A DNA stretch of 64,000 bases from Prasinococcaceae sp. CCMP 1430. Taxonomy: Eukaryota; Plantae; Prasinodermophyta. The notes under the pieces are model-generated. The model saw only the letters and a list, made by a program, of their open reading frames with translations. It was not told the origin of the DNA and did not search any database. The translations under genes and the position numbers were made by a program. The stretch's first letter is position 1. Each line of letters opens with the position of its first letter. Location: NCBI GenBank assembly GCA_013416795.1, contig RQSC01000026.1:740335-804334 (forward strand), read 5' to 3'. Positions 1-8,861 of this stretch are shown here, piece by piece.

Positions 1-1009
1 AGCGACACCGCTGGCCACGCGGTGCGCCCAGGCCTCCGTGAAAGTCTCGTCTTGGCCGTAGCGACATCGAAGGACCTTGATGGAGTCCAGAGGTTTCTTG
101 GCAAGTGGCCTACCCTCCACGAGCCTGAGCACAAGCCCCTGCCGCCCCCGCTCGTCGGCGCGCACGCGCGCGAGAGCTCGCGGCGCGTGCGGGCACTCGT
201 CGCCCAGCCCGGCGACGAGCGCCATCTCGTCGGCCGCAGCGCCGTCAGGCGACACGTGCCCTCCATCAGCCGCTGCAAATAGCTTGAGAGCGACGGGCTC
301 GCCCGCATAACGAGCGCGTAGAACGTCACCTCCCGACGCCCCTCCAAATTCAGGGTCGTTGAGCGCGCGTTCGCCTGCTTCGAGCCGCAGATCGCCGGTA
401 GCCCCACCCTCGAGGTCGCACACCGGCAGTGCTCGAAGCGCATCGTGCGCGTATCGCGGCGTCTCGAAGGCCGGGTTTGACGCTAGCGAAAGCCACCTGA
501 GGCAGGGAGCAAAGAGTGCGTCGCTCACGCGGTCCTCGGACTCGATCGCGTTCACCGGCACGCGCAGCAGCTCGAGTTCTTTCAGGCGTGCAACCTCGCG
601 CGGCAAGGAGCGCAGTTTGTTGCTTGAAGCCTGAAGCTTGCGGAGGGAACTGAGCTGGCCGATCTGTGCTGGTAGCTCGGTCAGCGCGTTGTCGGTGAGG
701 AAGAGAGCAGTGAGGGAGGTGAGGAAGCCGATGGTCGACGGTAATGCGTTCAGCTTGTTGGACTTGAGGCCAAGGAGTGTGATGTGCTCGGTCATCGCGC
801 TGCCGACGGCGACGTCGGGCAGTGCCGTGAGCTCATTGCCCATCAGGTTAAGCGAACGTAGCGGGAGGGCGTACAACGCGGCCACGCCATCCGCCTCGGC
901 GTCGGTGAGCCCGCAGCCGGCGAGCCCCGCAGCGAGCGGCGGCGACTCGCTCGCCGCCAGCCCGCGCGCCGCTCGCAGGCTCGGCGGCCGCCTGTGGCGC
1001 CCCCCCCAT
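1..1009 (-). CDS. LRR + Ser/Thr protein kinase (bacterial LRR-kinase family-like), 3'-truncated by the window edge
   Basis: Minus frame is open from 1023 to base 1 and is absent from the ORF track because no stop falls in the window. It encodes about 6 LRRs (LRSLNLMGNELTALP, ITLLGLKSNKLNALP, LTALFLTDNALTELP, LRKLQASSNKLRSLP, LELLRVPVNAI, LRWLSLASNP), then a kinase N-lobe (FGGASGGDVLRA, VALKLF, DEM, GLVLRLV). The ATG at 1009 is in frame only if the C8 run at 1000-1007 is one base shorter. Confidence 0.8.
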
Positions 1010-1222
1010 GCCAGCCGCGCCCCTCAGAGTAACGGCCGCCCGCCCCGACGCGCGCTCGAGGGCGCGCGCGCGCAAAACGTGGTATCATCGCGGCCGCGCG
1101 CGAACGCCGAGCCGAGCTCCCTCCCGGCGGCAAGTCATTACAGTAAAAAAACCAGTGGCCGGAGCTGTGGTGATGGGCGATGATTATACGTCTAGTACTA
1201 TGAATGAAATACCCACGGGAGC

Positions 1223-1689
1223 CTACTGTATTTTTTGGTGAATTTTTTTGTGTCGGTTTCGTGGAGATTTTTTGGGGGGTTGGGGAGAGAATCTGTGCTG
1301 ACTGTGCGCAGGCGTGCGTGTGGGGGGCGTGTGGGATGCGCGTGCGGGCGGAGGGTGGGCGATGGAGGCTAACGACGCCGCGAGTGGCGGCAGCGGCTTC
1401 GTGTCGGCCTCCAGCGCGGCGCGCGCCGCGCCGCCGCGCGAGAGGGAGCGCAGCGCGGCATCGCACTCCGCAGCCATCGCGTGCGCCTCGGAGAGGTCGC
1501 GGGCGCAGCATTCGAGCTCGTCTGTGGACGCTCCGAGGTCGCAGGCTCGGCGCTCCGCGTGCTCTCGCACGCGCTCGAAGCCGTCCGAGGCGTCCAGGCC
1601 CGAGCGGGCGAGGGAGGCGAGGGAGGGGATGGGGTCTTCGTTGTGTGCGAGGGCGGCGCGCGCGAGGGCGAGGGCGTGAGATGCGCGTG
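1223..1689 (-). CDS. Possible exon of a hypothetical helical protein
   Basis: Codons 1370-1689 are GC3-rich and read as an Ala/Glu/Leu helix (LARAALAHNEDPIPSLASLARSGLDASDGFERVREHAERR). A strong polypyrimidine acceptor CCTTCCCCCCTCAG ends at 1690. The upstream exon was not found. Confidence 0.3.
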
Positions 1690-1772
1690 CTGAGGGGGGA
1701 AGGCGCTGCTGGTGGGAGTGCGGATGGGGGCGGGGGAGCTGGTGCGGCTGCGCGGGCGCGGCCGACGGCGGC

Positions 1773-2135
1773 GTGCGCACGCCCGAGGTGGCCTTCCTCA
1801 TGGGCGAGCTGGAGTGCCGCGACGAGGCGGAGGCGGTCAAGTGGATGTCGTGGCTCGAGTCGGAGGGCTTCAAGTTCGACCTGGAAAAGGCGACGGCGCG
1901 CCTCGACGGGATGCGTGCCGCGCACGAGCTCGAGTTTGGAGGGCGGGTCAAGGAAGTCCCTTTCACGCTCCCCAAGACGCGCCCCGGTCGAGCGCTCCTC
2001 ATGAAGCAATGCGCCGTAAGGACTGGCGGCGGAGAAAAAGGAGGAGGAGTGGCAAGGCGGTGGAAAGAGGGCGGTGGGCCGCAAGAGGGCGAAGGCCTGC
2101 AAGGCATGCTCGGCAAACTCTTCGGGCGGAAGTAG
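1773..2135 (+). CDS. Hypothetical small protein (start uncertain, first ATG at 1800)
   Basis: Strong GC3 codon bias and natural composition (EVAFLMGELECRDEAEAVKWMSWLESEGFKFDLEK). Its mirror frame reads as typical antisense. Confidence 0.5.
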   Translation: MRTPEVAFLMGELECRDEAEAVKWMSWLESEGFKFDLEKATARLDGMRAAHELEFGGRVKEVPFTLPKTRPGRALLMKQCAVRTGGGEKGGGVARRWKEGGGPQEGEGLQGMLGKLFGRK

Positions 2136-2323
2136 AGGCCGCAAATACGCGCGCTCGTCGTACAAATGCGCGCGGTCGCGCGAACCCATGCGCAGTTGTT
2201 CATGCGTCAGTTATGTTACGGACTTGCGACGACCCCGGCGCTTCTGCTGGCGCCGAGTTCTGAGTCCGCTGGTGCAAGCCTGCTCCGGCGGCACTGCCAC
2301 AGGCTGCGAACGCACCGCACATT

Positions 2324-2324
<1 letters not shown>

Positions 2325-2373
<49 letters not shown>
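2325..2373. repeat. Poly-C homopolymer (49 nt)
   Basis: Counted directly. It lies between two convergent genes and is followed by (CA)n. Confidence 0.95.
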
Positions 2374-2576
2374 TTTCCCCCTTCTCCTCTGCCACACACA
2401 CACACACAGGCACCCTCCTGCCTTGTCGGTTGCGCGTGTGCACAGTGTGCGTGCGCGTTTAGGCGACGCACGCACATGCGCACACGCCTTCAGTGAGGGT
2501 CGCCAGCATTAGGACATACGCAGAGCCGGCCGAAGGGCGCGTGCGACCGGCTCCGGGGCACGCTGGCGCGCTGCGC

Positions 2577-5500
2577 TCACATGCATGGGGCGCGCGCGCG
2601 GCCGAAGGCCGCGCCCATCACGAAGGTTGCGGCCGCGCTGAGCACCGCCACGAGGCAGGGCATGACGATGTTGCCCTCGCGCACGGCTGGCTCCTGCAGG
2701 ATGGCGAGCTTCTTGCGCGCCACCTCGAGCGCGACGCGCGTCGTCGTGAGCTCGCCCTGTAGCAGCTCGGCGTTGGCCTGGAGGGCCGCGCTGGTCACCG
2801 CGTGCACCTTGCCGGCCGTCTTGAGCTCTTCGAGCTCGTCGCGCAGGGAGGCGGCGCCGCGGGCCGCGACGAGCTTCGCCCGCCGCGCACCGCGCGCCAT
2901 GGACGCGCGCGCGCGCTCGGCAATCTCCGCGTCCACGCGCGCTGCCTCGGCTTGCGAGGTGGCGATGGCGAGCTCGGCCTTCAGAGCCACGACGGTGTTG
3001 GCCAACTCGGCCTTCTCGGCGCCCAGGGCGGTCACGCACGCGGACGCTTCCTCGGCCGACTCCTCCGCGCGGGCCGACGCCTCCATGGCCGCCTGGACGT
3101 CAGCCTCCAGCTCCGAGCTGCGCTTCGCAGCGGCCTCGGCATTCGCCAGGGCGGCGTCGCGCGCTGCGAGCGCGGACAGACACTCAGCGCGCGCCGCGGC
3201 CGCCTCGGCGGAGGCGCTCTCCAGTCGCGCCTGCGCGTCGGCGGAGCCAGCCTTTGCAGCCGCAAGCTCGGCAATCGTGCGGCGGGCGAACTCATTGCTC
3301 GCCTCAATGCGCCTCGCCTTGTCTTCGGCGGCAACCTTGAGCTTGTTGCACATCTTGGTTGCGAACGTGTTCGAGGCGTCGTTGCGCCTCTTCAGGTCCG
3401 CGGCAGCCTGGAGCGCGGCCTCGCGCGCGTCGGCGGCGACGCGCTCCGCCTGCTCGCGCGACGCCGCGAGCTCCGCGGCGAGCGCATCCCTCTCTGCGTG
3501 TGCGCTGGCCTCGACGCGCTCCATCTCCTCCTGCGCGGCGGCCAGCTCATCAGCAAGCGCATCCTTCTCAGCGATGGCGGACTCGAGCTCCTCGGACTTG
3601 GCGACGATCTGCACCCTCAGCTCGGCCTTCTGGGCCTCGGCGAGGTCGTCAGCCGCCGAGGCCTTCGCCTGCGTAGCCACGAGTCCCGCTGCCAGCGCGT
3701 CGCAGCGGCTCTTGGCCTCTGCAGCTACGGTCTCGGCTGCGGTCGCGCGCGCGCGCGCATCCTTGAGCGCACTCGCCTGGTCCCGGCGCGCCATCTTGAG
3801 AGCGCCGGCCAGCGCGTCGCGCCGGGCATCGGCGTCGGCAGCGCGCGCCTCCGCGGCGTCCGCGCGTGCGCCCTCGGAGTCTGCATGCGCGCGCAGCCGC
3901 TCAGCCGCGGCTGTGTGCTCCGCGGCGATGAGCTGCAGCTCGCGGCACTCGATGGCCTTGGCACGCGCGGCGCCTGAGAGTGCCTCCACGCGCCTCGACG
4001 CCCTGGCAAGCTCAACCTCGAGCGCGTCCTTCTCCGACTGCAGCGCCTCCGTGACGGTTGCGGTCGTCGCAACGCCCTCGGCGTGCGCGGCGTGCGCAGC
4101 GGCCAGCTCGTTCTTCAGAGCGGTCAGAGCGGCGTCGCGCTCGCGCACCTCATTTGAGAGGGCCACTCCCTCTGCGGTCAGGCGTGCCGCCTCCTGCGCG
4201 GCAAACTTCGCTGCCGCAGACGCGGCGGCGGCCTCGGCCTGAGCATTGGCGCGCGCGGCATCGCGCTCCGCTGCCACCGCCGCCAAACGCTCCGCCGCCT
4301 CTGCCGCGTCTTGCATTGCGCGCTCCTCCGAGAAACGCGCGGCCTCAATAGCTGCCTGCTCGCGAGACGTGGCCGCTTCAAGGTTTTCTTTCACCTCTTC
4401 GAGTTCCTGCTGGGTCGCCTTGAGCTTGGCGAAGGCCATGTCACGAACACGAATCGCGCCCTCGAAGCGCGCCGCCGAGCGCTCGCTGAGCTCCTCAGCA
4501 TCCACGAGGCGATTCGTCAGCCCGGTCACCTTCGCCTCAGCTGCACGCTCGGCAGCTGCTGCTGCCGCCTTAGCGGTGGCCGCGTCCGACTCAATCTGCC
4601 TGAGCCGTGCGCGGAGCTTGGTGGCGGCAGACTCGGCCACGGCCATTGCGGCCTCTGCACTCGCAGCGCGCGTCTCGCTGGCCTCGAGGGCCTCTGCGTG
4701 CGCAACTTGCGCGGCGTGGAGAGCACGCTCTGCCGCGTGTGCACCAGCCTTGGCCTCCTCTGCCTCGGCCTGGGCGCTCTCGCTCGCGCGCTGCGAGTTT
4801 GAGGCAGACTTGGCAGCCGCATCCGCAAGTGCGCGCATGGCATCCGAGTCCGTCTTGGCGGCGTGGGCATCGGCGACGGCCTCTTCGGCCCTCGTCACGG
4901 CCGCCGCCTCAGCAGCCCTCGCTTCATCGGCGCCGCGCTGGGCCTCGCTCGCAGCGCGAAGAGCTTCCGCCATCTCGCGCTTCGCCTCGGCTGCTGCGGC
5001 GGCCTCTTCAGCACTGCGAGCCTTCGCGCCCGCAGCTTCGGCCCTTGCGACCTCCGCGCCGCTCTCGGCGTTTGCCACCCGCGCTTCCGCCGCTGCGAGA
5101 GTGCGCTTGAAGGTTTCCAGCTGGCCCTGCGCTGCAGAGAGCTCGCCCTGCGCGTCCTTGAGTTTCTTGAAGGTTATGTCTCGCACCCGCACGGCGCCCT
5201 CGGCGTGCGCCTTGGCCTCTTCCATGGCGGCCGCAGCGTCAACCTCGGCCTGCTTGAGGCTTGCGAGCAGCTCGGACGCGGTCGCCTCGGCCTCGGCCTT
5301 GCCGGCCTCGGCAATCGCAGCGCGCGCCTGCACCTCCTCAGCCGCGGAGGCGTGCGCCGCCTGGGCTGCCTCCATCGCGCGCTGAGCCGCCTTGGCGTCT
5401 TCAAGTGCGGCGCGCGCGGCCGTCTGCGCGTCGGCCATCGCGCGCTCCGACTTCGCCGCCGCCTTCGCGGCAGCCTCGGCCACGGCGCGCGACGCCTTCG

Positions 5501-7025
5501 CGTCCGTCTTCGCAGCGGCGGCGTCGGCGAGCGCCTCGTCGGCCTTGGCGAGCGCGGCCGCCTCGCTCGCCTGCGCGGCCTCCATCCCGCGCGTGGCCTC
5601 GGCGGCGGCGCGCTCCGCGGCGGACGCATCGCGCTTCAGCGACGCGACGGCCTGGGACAGCTCCGCGACGCTCGCCTTGGCGGCCCCGAGCTCGGAGTGG
5701 AGGGCCGCTGCGCGCGCCTCCGCGTCCGCCAGGCGCGCTTTTCGCGCCGCGAGCTCTGCCTGCAACCCGGCGAGCTCCCCCTGCTTGGCCTCGACCTCGG
5801 CCTGCGTGGCCTTGAGCTTGTGGAAGGCCAGGTCGCGCACTTTGACCGCCCCCTCGAGGCGGGCCTGGGCGTCGCTGACCGCGGCCGCGGCGTCGGCCTC
5901 CGTCTGCTTGAGGCTTGCGAGTAGCTCGGCTACCGCCGCTTCGGCCTCGTGCTTGCCGGCCTCGGCGCTGGCGGCGCGCGCCTTGCTTCGCTCGAGGGCA
6001 GCGGCGTGCGCGCTCTTGGCGGCGCCCAGCTCGCGCTCGGCGGCGCGGGCATCGGCGGCGGCGCGCGCGACGGCTTGCTCGGCGCNGATCGGAAGGCGAG
6101 CCCGTCGGTGCGCTTGTGGGCGTGACCGTCGGGGCTGCGGATGGTGCGCTCGCGGGAGCGCCACTTGGGGCGCTCGTAGGTGTAGCAGTGGGTGGTTCGT
6201 TCGGGACGGGGTCGATGATCTCGTAGTACGGCTCGGGCTCGGGCTCGGGCACCACCACCGGAGAGGCTGTCGGCGCCTTGGTCGGAAGGCCGGCCACGCA
6301 GCGCGGGCTGTCGGCGAAGCCGCTCTTGGTGCCGTACCCGCACGCCTGCGTGAGCACACGCCGGAACGTTGGGTAGACGGGGAGAGCAGGGAAAGGAGCA
6401 GAAGGCGGAGTGCAGGAGAGCGTCAACGCCCGAACGCAGCAGACCTGGCGCAACAAGCATCAGACGCCGCGAGTCTACCCACATCGCGCACGCTCGGCAC
6501 GCACCTCGCAGGCGTCGAGGCAGCACTGCTCGCCTCCCGCGGCTGGAGCCGCCGTGAACGTCGGTATCGCGATGGGCAGCTCCTCGTCGCCCTCTGACGG
6601 GGTGAGCCGTTCCGGGATGATTGGGATGAAGCCAGGGACGCGGGCGGCGCGGCGGCGGCCATGCTGGCCCCTGCGGGCTCCGTCGGGGCGGTCGGGAGGC
6701 GCGGCGGGACGGCGGGGGCCGTTGCGCGAGGCGCGCACCTTGTGGCAAACCCCAAGGCACACCCGCCACACTCCCGATCGCACCGACCGGACGCACACAA
6801 GCACACACACACACACGTGCCCACACACAATCCCCTCCCCCCCCCCACACACACAAACACCACACACGCACACACGCACACACGCGCACACGCGCGCGCG
6901 CGCACACGACACGCGCGCGCGTCCGCGCGATGCGCACATTCGGATTCGCGCGCCTCTCGGCGCCTTTTCCCGGATTCCTCCCCGGGTCCCCCCCCCGTCG
7001 CCGGAACCCCACTCGATGTCTTGCA
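2577..7025 (-). CDS. Very long Ala/Glu-rich coiled-coil protein with a C-terminal transmembrane anchor; probable upstream exons with a Cys/Pro/Thr-rich segment; 5' end uncertain
   Basis: Heptad-like ORF 2577-6085 ends in IVMPCLVAVLSAAATFVMGAAFG plus a short basic tail. Across the single N at 6086 another frame gives a PTxAP-rich stretch. A GT-AG intron at 6346-6504 joins CCLDACE to ACGYGTK. Confidence 0.7.
6086..6086. other. Single N, probably a collapsed assembly gap or frameshift point
   Basis: The coding frame changes exactly at this base. Confidence 0.8.
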
Positions 7026-7170
7026 TCGCATTCGCCGCCCTTCGCCCCCGGCGGCCCCCCGTTGGGATTCCGCCTTCCAACCGGCTTCGGGCGTTCCAAC
7101 CCGGGGTTCCAACTTTCAACCCCATCCGATCCGCGCTTCGGCCCAAGCGCGCGCGGAAGCCGACGCGCGC

Positions 7171-7392
7171 CATCAAAACGCATCCGAGTCGGGGCAACGG
7201 TCACTAACGGCGCCCGACGCCGGGATGCCGTACGGCGGGACGCGTTTTGATGGGCGCGTGAGCGCACGTCAAAACGCACCCGATCGCGCGCCGGGCGCCG
7301 AGGGCGCGCGCGCGCGCGCGGGGGGGGGACGTCACAACGCAAGGCGCGCGGCAACGTCACAACGCAGGGCGCGCGTCAACGTCAAAACGCAC
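7171..7392. promoter_or_regulatory. Cluster of C(A/G)TCAAAACGC motifs in a divergent promoter
   Basis: Copies at 7171-7183, 7242-7252 (inverted), 7267-7279 and 7380-7392, followed by a (T5C)n tract at about 7400-7458. Confidence 0.5.
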
Positions 7393-7937
7393 GGCGATTT
7401 TCCTTTTTTCTTTTTTCGGTGTTTCTTTTTCTTTTTCTTTTTCTTTTTCTTTTTCTTTGCGGGGGGGAATGCGGCGCGCGGACGCGGATGGGATGCGAGG
7501 ACGGGCCATCAAAATGAGAGGTGACCATCAAATCGCAAGGAGGACGCTTTTGGATCGCGCGGGGCGGTGCGCGCGCGCGCGCGCGCGCGGGCGGTGGGCG
7601 GGAGGGGTGTGGGTGTCGGCTGCAGGAGGACATCCACGTGAACCTCCTGCCGGCCGAGCGCGCGATTTATCTGGAGGAAAGAGGGGGGGCGAGACGAGGC
7701 GAGACGAGGCGGGGTAGGGCCTGCCTGCGAGTGCGCGGGGCAGGGCGGGAGCGCGGTTTCCCGGGGGTGGGCCGGCCGCCGCAGCCATCGGTGGACCGTG
7801 CGTGAGGGCCGCGACCGACGCCACCATCGCGCTCGCCCCGCGTGGGAAAGACCCCCGCGCAGTCGAGCAAAGGCGCCGCGGCGAGTAGGTGGGTGGGTGA
7901 ATAAAGGGGTTGGAGGCAGCGGCGGCAGCCCGCGGCG

Positions 7938-8648
7938 ATGCTGGACCCATCGGCCCCGGCGGCGGGTGCGCGACCTGCCGACAGAAGTCGCGCTGCGCCG
8001 TCGATGCGCAACCGGCAGCAGCACGCGAGTCCCAACGTCACCAACGCGCTGGCGTGGGACACGTCGGCGGCGGACAAATTCGACAGTCGCCGCTGGGACT
8101 GCACGGTACGCCATGACGGCTCGACCAACCCGGTGAGGCAGCTCGACCGCGTCACAGGCGAAGCGCGGCCCCGGATGAGCTATTCAGAACTGAACAAGTC
8201 CATGCAAATTCCCACCGTGTCGCGCAGGGAGCGCAAGGGCAGCCTGCGGTACATGTTCCCCGGAGCGACCGGTCAGCAGCCGCCGCCGCCCGAGGAGAAA
8301 ACCCCGCCGGCGCTGAAGCAGGTGCACGGCTACAACATCATCAAGAATTCCAGCGGCGACAAGGATGCGGACAGCGCGTTCGCCGCCAAGGAGAGAGAGC
8401 AGTGGAAGCGCCGGAACACGCAGGCCCTCGCTGCAGTACCCGTGAACCAACGCGATCGCGGCTACAATGTGGTGAGCGGCGTGGAGTATGACACGGAGCG
8501 TGCCGCGCGAGAGCAGAAGGCGGAGCGCGCCGCGCTCGACCGTCGTTACCACCTCGTGCGGCAAATGGCAGAGAAAGAAGAGGCGCGGCGCAACCAGCCG
8601 GTGCGACAGGACAAGCGCCTCGGCCTCGCCCCTCAATGGGTAAACTAA
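7938..8648 (+). CDS. Hypothetical protein with two GYN(I/V)(I/V) motifs and a C-terminal helix; upstream exon possible
   Basis: 236-aa ORF with coding-like composition and motifs HGYNIIKN and RGYNVVSG. A possible upstream exon starts after the acceptor at about 7625. Confidence 0.7.
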   Translation: MLDPSAPAAGARPADRSRAAPSMRNRQQHASPNVTNALAWDTSAADKFDSRRWDCTVRHDGSTNPVRQLDRVTGEARPRMSYSELNKSMQIPTVSRRERKGSLRYMFPGATGQQPPPPEEKTPPALKQVHGYNIIKNSSGDKDADSAFAAKEREQWKRRNTQALAAVPVNQRDRGYNVVSGVEYDTERAAREQKAERAALDRRYHLVRQMAEKEEARRNQPVRQDKRLGLAPQWVN

Positions 8649-8861
8649 TCCATTTTGACCCTGCTCTGAAGCGGCAGTGGCAGCTCGCGCGCGACGCGCG
8701 CAGCGACCGCCGTGCCCGTGCTGTAATATCCCCGTGTCAGGCGCCACGGACGTGCGGCGGCGCGTAGGGTGTACACGCGTGCACCGGCGCGAGGATCCGA
8801 TGGTGTTTATTAGACTACAGTATATGTCTGCCTGTATATGGACCGCGGGATGTCATGGCGA

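Noticed and set aside
1773-2135. SAC3/PCI winged-helix assignment for the small plus-strand ORF
   Set aside because: The resemblance is limited to about 25 residues and the rest of a PCI domain is absent.
2074-2496. Poly-Pro / poly-Gly ORFs
   Set aside because: They are translations of the C49 homopolymer in intergenic or UTR DNA.
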